Source: Myxococcota bacterium
Lineage (GTDB): Bacteria; Myxococcota_A; UBA9160; UBA4427
Reading direction: 5' to 3'
DNA: 64,000 nucleotides
Assembly: GCA_030748735.1 (NCBI GenBank)
Contig: JASMLK010000157.1
Span: forward strand, 9,278 to 73,277
The notes below the pieces were generated by a model that was not told the DNA's origin, did not search any database, and saw only the letters and a program-made list of their open reading frames with translations. Positions within the stretch are counted from its first letter, which is position 1. Every line of letters starts with the position of its first letter. The position numbers and the translations under genes are program-made. Positions 28,972-38,511 of this stretch are shown one piece after another.

Positions 28972-29649
28972 TCATTCGAGATCGGGGAGCACCGGTTGGA
29001 GTGCCGTCTGCCTGATCGCGCCCCAACGCAGCACGCGCGGGGGGCGAACGCTCAGGTCGACCACGGTGCTCGGTGCTTCGGCCAGCGCGTCGTCTGGGCC
29101 CGGGTCGAGGCAATACACGCGTGGCTCCGCGCTGGAACCGGCGAGACCGAGCGCCTCAGCGCGTGTCTGCACCGGCGGCTCGCCCGTCCGGTTGAAACTC
29201 GTCGCCGTGATCGGCCCCAACCCCCGTTCGAATGCCGCTTCGACGAGTGCACGACAGCATGGATGGTCGCTGCAACGAAAGCCGACTGCGCCCCGGGCGC
29301 CGCCGATCCCCTCGGCGAACGCAGAAGGCCCGGAGCCGGCCAGCACGACCGTGAGCGGCCCGGGCCAGAAGGCGTCGAGCACCCGGCGGGCGTCGGCCGC
29401 CAGCGCGAAACCGAGTTGCTCGAGCCGGCTCGGACCGTCGACCAGGACAGAGATCGGCTGATCGGACGCCCTTCCCTTGAACTCCTGCAGCCGACCGACG
29501 GCGCGCGTCGAGGTCGCGCATGCGCCGAGCCCCCAGACCGTCTCGGTGGGAAAGGCCAGGAGTTCATCGCGGGCGAGCAGATCGACCCCATCTTCGAGGC
29601 TTGCGAGCCGAGCCGAGGCCTCGCTGTTGCCGCGTGTGGCGTCGCCCAA
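28972..29649 (-). CDS. tsaC: L-threonylcarbamoyladenylate synthase (TsaC/YrdC type)
   Basis: LLAFPTETVWGLGA, GRASDQPISVLV and WPGPLTVVL motifs. There is no ATG; TTG 29649, immediately after the purD stop, is the most plausible start, so the start is uncertain. Confidence 0.8.
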   Translation of the reverse strand: MGDATRGNSEASARLASLEDGVDLLARDELLAFPTETVWGLGACATSTRAVGRLQEFKGRASDQPISVLVDGPSRLEQLGFALAADARRVLDAFWPGPLTVVLAGSGPSAFAEGIGGARGAVGFRCSDHPCCRALVEAAFERGLGPITATSFNRTGEPPVQTRAEALGLAGSSAEPRVYCLDPGPDDALAEAPSTVVDLSVRPPRVLRWGAIRQTALQPVLPDLE

Positions 29650-29651
29650 CG

Positions 29652-30956
29652 TCAGCGGTCGAGTGCGCGCGCAGCGATGTCGCGGCGGTGTTGTGCGCCT
29701 TCGAACGAGATCTCGGCGATGGCCTTGTAAGCAACGTCGCGCGCTTCCTGCACGTTGGCGCCACGCGCCGTCACCCCGAGCACACGGCCGCCGCTGGTTT
29801 CGAAACCACCACCTTGCGCCCGTCGCGTGCCCGCGTGGAAGACCACCACCGCGTCGTCGCTCCGCTCGAGCGCGCCGTCCGCCGCGAGGCCATGGATCGC
29901 CAGCCCCTTCGGGTAGTCCCGCGGATAGCCGTCCGACGCCATCACCACGCATACCGCCGCACCGCGCCAGGAAAGCCCACCGCCCGATGCTTCCTGAGCC
30001 GCCAGCGTCCCGTTGGCCGCGGCCAGCAAGAGAGGGAAGAGATCGCCTTCGGCCTGGACCATCAACGCCTGGGTCTCGGGGTCACCGAAGCGCACGTTGA
30101 ATTCGACCACATAGGGATCGCCCTGCGCATCGATCATCAAGCCGACGAAGAGCACGCCGACATAGGGCATCCCCTCTGCGGCCATGCCCCGAATGGCCGG
30201 CTCGACGACGCGCTCGACGGTGCGTCGTTCGACTTCGGCGTCGATGACGGGCGCCGGCGAATAGGCCCCCATGCCTCCGGTGTTTTCGCCGCGATCACCG
30301 TCGAGGGCGCGCTTGTGGTCCTGCGCCGCGGCGAGGGTCACGATGTGCTCGCCGTCCGTGATGGCGTAGTAGGAGGCTTCCTCGCCTTCGAGCCAGTCTT
30401 CGACCACCACACTCGCGCCCGCGTCGCCGAAGCGGCGGTCCAGCATCATCTCGCGAAGGGCGCTCTCGGCCTGGGCAGGCGTTTCGCACATGGCGACGCC
30501 CTTGCCGGCCGCGAGGCCGTCCGCCTTCACCACGCAGCGTCCGCCGCGCTCGTGCACCCAGGCCACGGCCTCGTCGAGCACGTCGAAGCGACGATGGGCC
30601 GCGGTGGGAATGCCGTGTCGTTCCATGAAGGCCTTGGCGAAGGCCTTGCTGCCCTCGAGTTGGGCAGCGGCCGCCGAGGGCCCGAACACGGCGAAGCCCT
30701 CGTCGCGCAGGCGATCGGAGATGCCCGCCGCAAGCGGATCCTCGGGACCGACCACGACGAGCCCGACCGCCTCGTCCCGGCAAAGCGATGCGATCGCGTC
30801 CTGGTCCCCCACGGAGACGTCGGGGAAGCAACGGGCCGAGCCCTCCATTCCTGCACTCCCCGGTGCGGCGAGGACCTCGGTGACTTCGCTGCTCTGCGCG
30901 ATCTTCCAGACGAGTGCGTGTTCGCGTCCACCGGAACCGACGACGAGTACCTTCAC
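29652..30956 (-). CDS. purD: Phosphoribosylamine-glycine ligase
   Basis: MKVLVVGSGGREHALVWK, ATP-grasp motifs, VVEFNVRFGDPETQ. Confidence 0.95.
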   Translation of the reverse strand: MKVLVVGSGGREHALVWKIAQSSEVTEVLAAPGSAGMEGSARCFPDVSVGDQDAIASLCRDEAVGLVVVGPEDPLAAGISDRLRDEGFAVFGPSAAAAQLEGSKAFAKAFMERHGIPTAAHRRFDVLDEAVAWVHERGGRCVVKADGLAAGKGVAMCETPAQAESALREMMLDRRFGDAGASVVVEDWLEGEEASYYAITDGEHIVTLAAAQDHKRALDGDRGENTGGMGAYSPAPVIDAEVERRTVERVVEPAIRGMAAEGMPYVGVLFVGLMIDAQGDPYVVEFNVRFGDPETQALMVQAEGDLFPLLLAAANGTLAAQEASGGGLSWRGAAVCVVMASDGYPRDYPKGLAIHGLAADGALERSDDAVVVFHAGTRRAQGGGFETSGGRVLGVTARGANVQEARDVAYKAIAEISFEGAQHRRDIAARALDR

Positions 30957-31059
30957 GAGGCTTCCCTTTCTTGTTCTTGAATCGGCGCGAAAAACGACCG
31001 AGAACGGGCGAGACTCGCTGTGTGGGCCCCGTTGTACCGGTGCGCCCGAGCGAAGTCAA

Positions 31060-32214
31060 TCAGCCGCCGACCACCTGCCGCGCGATCCGCGCGCCCACGC
31101 GAACCAGGGGTTCGTAGGGGATCGTGTCCGACCACGACGCGACCTCTTCGACCGCGATGCCGTCGGCATCGCGACCGGCGTTTCCGAACATCACGGCGAC
31201 GTCACCCGGGCGAACCGGATCGTCGGCGGTTTCGGGCCCGAGGTCGACGCCGACGTAGTCCATCGAAACCCGCCCGACGACGGGACGCCGCCGGCCCGCG
31301 AGCCAGACCTGGGCCCGCCCGGCACTCGCGCACGCAACGCCATCGGCGTAGCCGATCGCCAGGGTCGCGATACGGCTGGGCTCCCTGGTGCTCCAGGTCG
31401 CCCCATAGCCCACGGGCGTATCGGCGGGGACCTGCTGCACCCGCACGACGCGCGCTTCGACCTGCATCACCGCGCGCAGAGGCGCGTCGAAGTGCGCGGC
31501 GGGGCGTACGCCGTAGAGCATGATGCCCGGCCGCACGGCCGTCGCTTCGGGAAACGCGTCCGCGAGCGTCTTGCCTGCCAATAGCCCCGCGGAATTCGCC
31601 GCGTGAATGCAGCGCGGCGCGACCCCGCGTTCGCCCGCTCTGGCCAGCACGTCGCGAAATTCGCGCAGCTGCTCGAGGGAAGGACCGAGGTCGGTTTCGT
31701 CGGCACGGCTGAAGTGGGTGAAGACGCCGTCGAGATCCAGTTCGCGGGCGTCGCCGATGTGGGCCAGCAGTTCCACGGCTTCGTCGCGCGCGACGCCCAT
31801 TCGCGCCATCGCGGTGTCGACTTCGACCTGCACCGCGAGCGGTGCGCCGAGCTTCTTTGCAGCCTCGCTGGCCAGTTCGAGGCCGCGCGCGTCGTGGAGT
31901 ACGGGGGTGAGTCCGCGCGCGGCGACTTCGCGGGCGTCCTCCCTGGTGTGCAGTCCCGAGAGCACGAGAATCTGAGGGGCCACGATGCCGGCTTCGCGCA
32001 ACGACACGGCTTCGTCGATGCTCAACACGGCCAGCCGCTTCACGTGGGCGTCGGCCAGGGCCCGTGCGACCGTCGCCGCGCCGTGGCCATAGGCGTCTGC
32101 CTTGACGACAGCGATGACTTCGCGCCCGTCCGCCACGCGCGTCGCCGTGGCCAGGTTTTCCCGCAGCGCGGCGAGGTCGATCCGCGCCACGCCGGTACTG
32201 CTGTCGCTGGTCAT
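31060..32214 (-). CDS. alr: Alanine racemase
   Basis: PLP-lysine motif AVVKADAYGHGA and YGVRP. The start was trimmed to ATG 32214. Confidence 0.9.
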   Translation of the reverse strand: MTSDSSTGVARIDLAALRENLATATRVADGREVIAVVKADAYGHGAATVARALADAHVKRLAVLSIDEAVSLREAGIVAPQILVLSGLHTREDAREVAARGLTPVLHDARGLELASEAAKKLGAPLAVQVEVDTAMARMGVARDEAVELLAHIGDARELDLDGVFTHFSRADETDLGPSLEQLREFRDVLARAGERGVAPRCIHAANSAGLLAGKTLADAFPEATAVRPGIMLYGVRPAAHFDAPLRAVMQVEARVVRVQQVPADTPVGYGATWSTREPSRIATLAIGYADGVACASAGRAQVWLAGRRRPVVGRVSMDYVGVDLGPETADDPVRPGDVAVMFGNAGRDADGIAVEEVASWSDTIPYEPLVRVGARIARQVVGG

Positions 32215-32399
32215 GAACGGCCGCCTCGCCCCTTCATCCGATTGGGGATGCTTGCCCCGGCTGGACGCGATGCCGTCTTCGCACCAGTGCGACGCGCCGA
32301 CACAATGCCCCTCCACAGGCCGGCACAGTATGACGGAACGCGCAGCGAAATTCGCGCGCCACCCTGCTTCGCAGCTCCGCCAGCCGCTACGCTCGGCGC

Positions 32400-32612
32400 G
32401 TGTCACAGAACCCACGCATCCATTTGAACGGCGAACCGCGAGACCTCGCTGCGCCCTGCACCCTCGAAGGGTTGTTGGCTCAACTCGAGTTCGGCGAGCG
32501 CCGCGTCGCTGTGGCGATCAATCGCGACATCGTGCCGCGAAACCGTTACGGCGCCATCGAACTGAGCGACGGCGACCGCGTGGAGATCCTCGAAGCCGTT
32601 GGAGGAGGTTGA
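32400..32612 (+). CDS. thiS: Sulfur-carrier protein ThiS
   Basis: 70 aa ending ...DGDRVEILEAVGGG (C-terminal GG), directly upstream of thiG. Confidence 0.85.
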   Translation: MSQNPRIHLNGEPRDLAAPCTLEGLLAQLEFGERRVAVAINRDIVPRNRYGAIELSDGDRVEILEAVGGG

Positions 32613-32615
32613 AAG

Positions 32616-33392
32616 ATGTCCGGCAGTTACAAGCTCGGTGAGCACACCTTTTCGTCCCGACTGATCGTCGGCACGGGCAAGTACGAATCGTTCGAACAAA
32701 ACCTCGCCTGCGTCGAAGCCAGCGGTGCGGAGATGGTGACCGTGGCCCTGCGGCGCGTGAACTTCGACGCCGAGAAGGGCCCCCGCCTGCTCGACGTGAT
32801 CAAGCCCGATCGCTTCCAGATCCTGCCGAACACGGCCGGCTGCTACACGGTGGAAGACGCAGTCACGACCGCACAACTCGGCCGCGAACTGCTCGGCACC
32901 GATCTGGTGAAGCTCGAAGTGATCGGCGACGAGCGCACGCTCTTCCCCGACATCCCCGGCACCCTCGAAGCGGCGAAGATCCTGCTGGACGACGGCTTCA
33001 CCGTGCTGCCCTACATCACGGACGACCCGGTTTCGTGCCAGCGACTCGAAGCCATGGGCTGCCCCGCGGTAATGCCCCTCGCAGCACCCATCGGTTCCGG
33101 GCTCGGCATTCGCAATCCAGCCAACCTGCGCATCATCCTCGAAACGGTCGAAGTGCCCGTGATCGTCGACGCCGGGGTCGGCACCGCGAGCGATGCGTCC
33201 CTCGCGATGGAACTCGGTGCCACCGCGATCTTGATGAACACGGCCATCGCCCACGCGAAGGACCCGGTCGCGATGGCGCAAGCCATGAAGCTCGGGACCC
33301 AGGCGGGGCGCCTCGCCTATGAAGCGGGGCGCATGCCGCGACGGCTCTACGCCACGGCGTCGAGCCCGCTGGATCAGATCGCCACTTTTTGA
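32616..33392 (+). CDS. thiG: Thiazole synthase
   Basis: [38 protein letters not shown]. Confidence 0.95.
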   Translation: MSGSYKLGEHTFSSRLIVGTGKYESFEQNLACVEASGAEMVTVALRRVNFDAEKGPRLLDVIKPDRFQILPNTAGCYTVEDAVTTAQLGRELLGTDLVKLEVIGDERTLFPDIPGTLEAAKILLDDGFTVLPYITDDPVSCQRLEAMGCPAVMPLAAPIGSGLGIRNPANLRIILETVEVPVIVDAGVGTASDASLAMELGATAILMNTAIAHAKDPVAMAQAMKLGTQAGRLAYEAGRMPRRLYATASSPLDQIATF

Positions 33393-34030
33393 CGGCGCGC
33401 GAACTCGCCTCACGGCCCCTGCTCTGCCTCGTCCTCGACCGCAGCGTTTGCACGCTGCCCGTTGACGAGGCCGTTCGCGCTGCGGCTGGAAGCGGCGTCG
33501 ATTGGATCCAGGTGCGCGAGCGCGAGCTCGATGCGAAGCCCCTGCTCGAGCTGGTCACGCAGCTGCGGGAGATCGCGCGGGAAGAACATCCCGCGTGCAG
33601 GCTGATCGTGAATCGGCGGATCGATGTCGCGCTCGCGAGCGGTGCCGACGGGGCCCACCTCGGCTTCGATGCCCTGCCCGTCGAAGAGGCGCGAGCCCTG
33701 TTGGGAAACGACGCGCTGATCGGCATTTCGACGCATCACCCCGACGAAGTCGCCCTGTCGGCACGAGCCGGTGCCGACTACGTCCACCTCGCGCCGATTC
33801 ACGCGCCGAAGTCGAAGGCCGCAACGCGGGCTCCGTTGGGGGTCGAGGCGCTGAACAAAGCGTGCTCCCATGGCGTGGCCGTGATCGCGCAGGGGGGTGT
33901 CGAAGCAGAAGGAGCCGGCGAACTGGTGCAAGCGGGGGCCGCGGGCATCGCGGTCACCGGCGCGATCCTCATGTCGAAGGATCCGGGCAAAGCGACGGCG
34001 GCGCTGCGTACCGCACTCGACGCAGGGTAG
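33389..34030 (+). CDS. thiE: Thiamine-phosphate synthase
   Basis: [36 protein letters not shown]. It overlaps thiG by 4 nt. Confidence 0.9.
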   Translation: MTARELASRPLLCLVLDRSVCTLPVDEAVRAAAGSGVDWIQVRERELDAKPLLELVTQLREIAREEHPACRLIVNRRIDVALASGADGAHLGFDALPVEEARALLGNDALIGISTHHPDEVALSARAGADYVHLAPIHAPKSKAATRAPLGVEALNKACSHGVAVIAQGGVEAEGAGELVQAGAAGIAVTGAILMSKDPGKATAALRTALDAG

Positions 34031-34076
34031 GACGCGAGGCACGCAATTCGGGGAGCAGCGCCGGCTCGCGCCCTCT

Positions 34077-35297
34077 TCATTCCACCGCTTCGATGCCAGC
34101 CCCCGCCGCGGCCTTCACGCCGAACACCTCGGTGTCCTTCCCGAACCGATCGCGGTAGCGCGCGCCCAACACATCACACACGGCGTCCACCGCTTCGGGC
34201 TTCACCAGGTGGAGCGCGCAACCGCCGAACCCCGCCCCCAGCAACCGCGATCCGTAGACGCCGTCCTGTGCGTCAGCAATTTCGCAGAGCATGTCGAGCT
34301 GGGGAATCGACACTTCGTAGTCATCGCGCAGACTCGCATGCGATGCCCTGATCTCCGCGCCGACTGCGGCCAGACCGATCGGGGGCTCCGCTTCGAGCAG
34401 TCGACAGACCCGGTCGACCCGCGCGTTCTCGCCGACCACGTGACGCACGCGGCGAAAGTCGACTTCGTCGAGTTGCCCGGCGAAACGAACCAACCCATCG
34501 GGCGACAGCGCGCGCAATGAACGTGGCGCAGCGTCAGGCTCCGATGCGACGATCCCTTCGAGCCCGCGAGCGCACTGCGCAACGCGGTCGCGATAGCCCT
34601 GCCCCGCGGCCGGCCCCGCCAACTCGCGCGAGACACCGGAATGCGAGATCACGAAGGACAGCTCCGCCACCGGCAGCGGAACGGATCGCGTGCTCTCGTC
34701 TTCGCAGTCGATGCGAAGCGCATGGCCCGCTCCGCACAAGGCGATCGCGAACGGATCCAGGATCCCGCAGCCCGTCCCGACGAAGTGGCTTTCGGCGCGA
34801 TGCGCTCGGCGCGCACAGCGCAGGGCGGAGAAGTCTGCCCCGAGCAGACGATCGATCGCGATGGCGACCGCAACACACAGGGCCGCCGAACTCGAAAGGC
34901 CCGATCCAACCGGGATGTCACTCGCGATCACGAGGTCCATCCCGCCCGGGTGTTCGCCCTGCTCGAGGCTCGCCGCGATGGCGCCAGAGAGGTAGGCCCC
35001 GAACCCGGTCGTTGCCGCGTCGCCCACCGCGAACTCCACCTCTTCGCCTTCGGCAGCGAGATCGCAGGCAAAGGCGTACACGCGATCGTCGCCGCGCGGA
35101 GCGACGGCCAGATGCAGCGCGCGGTCGATCGCAAACGGGAGAACCAGACCGCCCGTGTAGTCGGTGTGCTCGCCGATCAGGTTCACGCGTCCCGGCGCAC
35201 GCACGACGAATTCGGGTTCGCGAACAAAGCGGGTGCGAAACGCGTCCAATACGAGCGCGTGCGTGTCGCGGGTCGGCGGGAATTCGGGGCGGGCCAT
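34077..35297 (-). CDS. galK: Galactokinase
   Basis: GRVNLIGEHTDYTGGLVLPFAID signature and GHMP motif PVGSGLSSSAAL. Confidence 0.9.
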   Translation of the reverse strand: MARPEFPPTRDTHALVLDAFRTRFVREPEFVVRAPGRVNLIGEHTDYTGGLVLPFAIDRALHLAVAPRGDDRVYAFACDLAAEGEEVEFAVGDAATTGFGAYLSGAIAASLEQGEHPGGMDLVIASDIPVGSGLSSSAALCVAVAIAIDRLLGADFSALRCARRAHRAESHFVGTGCGILDPFAIALCGAGHALRIDCEDESTRSVPLPVAELSFVISHSGVSRELAGPAAGQGYRDRVAQCARGLEGIVASEPDAAPRSLRALSPDGLVRFAGQLDEVDFRRVRHVVGENARVDRVCRLLEAEPPIGLAAVGAEIRASHASLRDDYEVSIPQLDMLCEIADAQDGVYGSRLLGAGFGGCALHLVKPEAVDAVCDVLGARYRDRFGKDTEVFGVKAAAGAGIEAVE

Positions 35298-35382
35298 CGG
35301 GGGCGAACGCTACCGTGGGCGCGCGCGTTCGCGATCCACGATCCCCACGGCGGCAGGCGCATTCCAGGCGAAAGGCCACACC

Positions 35383-36852
35383 ATGCAGTCGAGGCGGTAC
35401 GAGAAGCGGCGCGGTTTGCGGGCGAGAACGGCGTGGCGGGCGCGGCGCGGCGCGCGGGCCGCAGCCGTTGGGATCGGGCTCGCCGTCGCTGGCGTTTTCG
35501 CCTTCTCGCCCCCGCAACCTGCCCGGGCCGCCGACCCCTTCCTGCGACGAACTGCAGCCGTCGAGGTCGTCGAACGCGTCGGCCCCGCAGTCGTGAACAT
35601 CACGACGGTCGTCGAAGACCGTTCTTTTCCCGAACGTCGCACGGGGCGCGACCCATTCTTTCGCGACTTCGAACACCCGCGACGTTCGGGGCGAGACGTC
35701 CAGATGCTCGGGTCGGGGGTGATCATCGACGAAGAGCGTCACGTACTCACCAACGCCCACGTGATCGCCGATTCGGCGCGCATCTTCGTGAGCCTCGCCG
35801 ACGGGAAGGAATACCCGGCACTTCTGGTCGGGGCCGCGCCCAACAACGACCTCGCCGTCCTCCAGATCGAAACCGACGCCCCCCTGCCCTGGGTGGCGCC
35901 GGGACGCTCCGACGACCTGATGGTCGGCGAGCCCGTGATCGCGATCGGCAACCCCTTTGGCCTGTTCTCCAACACGGTGACCACCGGCGTGCTTTCGGCG
36001 ATCGACCGGTCGCTGAGCGTCGAGGGCGACTACTACTACGGCTTCCTGCAGACCGACGCTTCGATCAACCCCGGCAACTCGGGTGGACCGCTGCTCAACG
36101 CCGAAGGCAGCTTGATCGGGATCAACACTGCGATCTATCGCGGTGGGCAGGGCATCGGACTCGCGATTCCGATCGACACCGCAAAGCGGGTCGTCGCCGA
36201 ACTGCTCGAGCACGGCGAGATCCCACCGCCCTGGATCGGCGTCGAATTCAAGAACCTCGACCCCGAGCTGCGCGACGTGATGCGACTACCCGACCGCGTG
36301 TCGGGCGCATTGGTCACACACGTCGAACCGGATAGCCCCGCCGAGCGCGGCGGCCTGAAACGCGGCGACCTGGTGATCGCGGTCGACGGACATCGCGTAG
36401 AACGCGACCGCTCCTTCTTCGAAGCACTCAAGACCACCCTCGTGGGCCAGGCGATCGAACTCGAGATCTGGCGGAACGGCGACACGCAGAAGCTGCGCGT
36501 GGTCGGGATCGACCTGCCCGATCACATCGTCCGAGACCTCGCGGCGCAGTTCCTCGGCATGAAGCTCCAGCGCGCGACCGGCCCCGGCTACGGGATCCGC
36601 GAACTCCGCGACGACTATCCCGCGCACGAGTTCGGCATCGCCGCCGGAGACACGATCCTCGCGATCAACGGTCGCGTCCTCCGCAACAAGGACGACCTGC
36701 GCCGCGCCATGGTCGACCTGCGTCGCGACTACGCCGCCACCCAGGCCCGCAACCGCGTGCTGCTCGACGTGCGCCGCGGCAACGCGCGCCGGCATTTTTC
36801 GTTGCCGAGCTACGAGGCCTACACCGCATTGCGCCGACTGCGACCGCGATAG
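35383..36852 (+). CDS. HtrA/DegP-family periplasmic serine protease with two PDZ domains
   Basis: His (LTNAHVI), Asp (NDLAVLQ), Ser (GNSGGPLL), and PDZ segments (GGLKRGDLVIAVDG; GIAAGDTILAING). The start was trimmed to ATG 35383. Confidence 0.9.
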   Translation: MQSRRYEKRRGLRARTAWRARRGARAAAVGIGLAVAGVFAFSPPQPARAADPFLRRTAAVEVVERVGPAVVNITTVVEDRSFPERRTGRDPFFRDFEHPRRSGRDVQMLGSGVIIDEERHVLTNAHVIADSARIFVSLADGKEYPALLVGAAPNNDLAVLQIETDAPLPWVAPGRSDDLMVGEPVIAIGNPFGLFSNTVTTGVLSAIDRSLSVEGDYYYGFLQTDASINPGNSGGPLLNAEGSLIGINTAIYRGGQGIGLAIPIDTAKRVVAELLEHGEIPPPWIGVEFKNLDPELRDVMRLPDRVSGALVTHVEPDSPAERGGLKRGDLVIAVDGHRVERDRSFFEALKTTLVGQAIELEIWRNGDTQKLRVVGIDLPDHIVRDLAAQFLGMKLQRATGPGYGIRELRDDYPAHEFGIAAGDTILAINGRVLRNKDDLRRAMVDLRRDYAATQARNRVLLDVRRGNARRHFSLPSYEAYTALRRLRPR

Positions 36853-36854
36853 CC

Positions 36855-36873
36855 GCCGGTTCGAAAGACCGGC
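36855..36873 (+). terminator. Short hairpin right after the HtrA stop (GCCGGT-N7-ACCGGC)
   Basis: Read directly; there is no U tract, so this is weak. Confidence 0.25.
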
Positions 36874-36917
36874 AGGGACGAGGGCTGCGAGATCTCGTAC
36901 CACCGGATCCAGCGGGA

Positions 36918-36936
36918 CCTTGCACGGTCCTTGCAC
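36918..36936 (+). promoter_or_regulatory. Tandem direct repeat CCTTGCAC-N3-CCTTGCAC (11-bp phase) 43 bp upstream of the exosortase gene
   Basis: Perfect 8-mers at 36918-36925 and 36929-36936. The geometry matches OmpR/PhoB-type tandem half-sites. The same bases also read TTGCAC-N5-TTGCA, one G short of a sigma54 -24/-12 element. Confidence 0.4.
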
Positions 36937-36978
36937 AGTTCCGTCACGGGTCCGCCCCGGCTGGTTCATTCGCAGCGC

Positions 36979-38511
36979 ATGTCTCCAACCGAATGTGGGG
37001 GCATGTCGTGCACAGGCCCGGCCCTCCGCTTCGATCGAGCCCTCATCCCCGTCGCCCTGGCCCTGCCGGGGCTCGTCGCATTGGCCTGGGATCCCGCGGT
37101 CTGGCTCTTCGGCACGTGGCGCGCTCCGGCCTACGAGAGCAACGGAGCGGTGGTCGCGCTCACCGTGGTCGCGCTGCTCGCGCTGTCCCTTGCGAGTGGG
37201 CGTGCGCATCGCGATGCGCGGTCTGCGCGCCTTGCGTTTGGGCTGCTCGGCCTGGCCGCGGCGATTCGGCTCGCGGGTCGGGTACTGGCTGTGAATACGA
37301 TCGGAGCGTTCGCGCTGGTGGTCGATGTCGCGGCGGTCGCATCGCTATTGCGCGTGTCGGCGAGGCCCTTCGCTCTTCACCCCGGGCTCGTTGCGGCTTT
37401 GTTCGCGATGGCCTTGCCGATCGAGCACTACGCCCAGCGCTTGCTCGGCCATCCACTGCAGCTCGCAGCCGCAACGACCTCCCACGCACTGCTTGCTCCC
37501 TTCTCTGCGGGGCTCGAGCGCGAGGGGGTTCTGCTGCTTCATCCCGATGTCGTCCTCGCGATCGATCTGCCCTGTAGCGGCGCGCGTGGACTTTCCCTCT
37601 ACACGTGCGTCGCCCTGGCCCTGTGGACCTGCCACCAGCTGAAAGTGGCGCAGGTCGCCAGGCTCGTGGCGGCGATCGCAGGCGGCGCGCTCTTCGCCAA
37701 CACGGCCCGCATCGTCGCACTCTTCGTCGGCGCCGCGAACGGCATTCCCGTCGCCGCCGAGCCTTGGCACAGCACGCTTGGTGTCTTCGCGCTCGGCGCC
37801 GGCGCCCTGCCGATCCTGAGTGTGTTTCGAAACGCGAAGCGACGGACGCCAGCCATCCGATGGTCTTTCGCCAGGCCCCCATCGTCATCGCCGCTCTTGC
37901 GATGGCCGGTCGCCGTCGGCACGAGTGCCATCGGGTTGGCGATCGCGATGGCGCCCCAGCATCCGGTGGATGTGGCACCCATCGAACGCGACGCGCGGCT
38001 GCCCGCGACCCTCGGTCCCTTCAGCGGCGTCGACGTTCCACTCGCCCCGAACGAACGCGCCTTCTTCGAACAATGGGGGGGTGGTGCGGACAAGCGGCGC
38101 TACCGCGCTGGGGATGGCACGGAGCACACGGCGCTGCTTGTCCGCACCCGTTCACCCCTCCGCCACCTGCACGGGCCCGATCAGTGTTTGATCGGTTCGG
38201 GGCACCGCGTGACCCGCATCGGCGTGGTGCCAGGCGCCGTCCCCACGGTCGTCTACAAGAGCATCGCACCCGATGGCCGTGCGTGGCGGGTGCAGGCCTC
38301 GTTCGCGAGCGACCTGGGTGAGCCGGCGAGCAGCGTGTCTGAAGTCGTCTGGCGATGGCTCGCCGAGCCCGAGGTCCCCTGGAACCTGATCGAACGCATC
38401 ACACCGTGGGATGCGTGCGCGGACGCATCGGGGGCTTGCCGGCGATTCGACCGCGCCCTGTTCACCAGCCTCGACCTTCCCGTCGAGCCGCATGAAAGGA
38501 GTTCGTCATGA
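36979..38511 (+). CDS. Exosortase-family transpeptidase fused to a C-terminal EpsI-like domain
   Basis: Polytopic N-terminal half with the exosortase Cys/Arg/His motifs (AIDLPCSGARGLSL; LFANTARIVALF; EPWHSTLGVFALG). The C-terminal ~220 aa carries an EpsI-like HGPDQCLIGSGH motif. The start is ATG 36979 or 37003. Confidence 0.8.
   Translation: MSPTECGGMSCTGPALRFDRALIPVALALPGLVALAWDPAVWLFGTWRAPAYESNGAVVALTVVALLALSLASGRAHRDARSARLAFGLLGLAAAIRLAGRVLAVNTIGAFALVVDVAAVASLLRVSARPFALHPGLVAALFAMALPIEHYAQRLLGHPLQLAAATTSHALLAPFSAGLEREGVLLLHPDVVLAIDLPCSGARGLSLYTCVALALWTCHQLKVAQVARLVAAIAGGALFANTARIVALFVGAANGIPVAAEPWHSTLGVFALGAGALPILSVFRNAKRRTPAIRWSFARPPSSSPLLRWPVAVGTSAIGLAIAMAPQHPVDVAPIERDARLPATLGPFSGVDVPLAPNERAFFEQWGGGADKRRYRAGDGTEHTALLVRTRSPLRHLHGPDQCLIGSGHRVTRIGVVPGAVPTVVYKSIAPDGRAWRVQASFASDLGEPASSVSEVVWRWLAEPEVPWNLIERITPWDACADASGACRRFDRALFTSLDLPVEPHERSSS

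Noticed and set aside
27742-29730. 662-aa plus-strand ORF, and similar long ORFs at 173-1576(+), 14471-16006(-), 34641-36335(+), 38253-39710(-), 46563-48098(-), 54630-56042(+) and 59382-61232(-)
   Set aside because: Each is antisense or out of frame to a gene with clear family motifs (DUF1015/tsaC, chain-length determinant, IMPase/DLH, galK/htrA, VIT-vWA, thiolase, molybdoenzyme alpha, htrA/clpB). All are low-complexity and Arg/Pro/Gly-rich, and none shows conserved motifs.
32215-32399. Expected TPP riboswitch upstream of thiS-thiG-thiE
   Set aside because: I could not find the conserved THI-box elements (CUGAGA ... ACCUGAUCUGGAUAAUGCCAGCG) in the 185-bp alr-thiS spacer on the plus strand. 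An Infernal scan would be decisive, but by eye it is absent.
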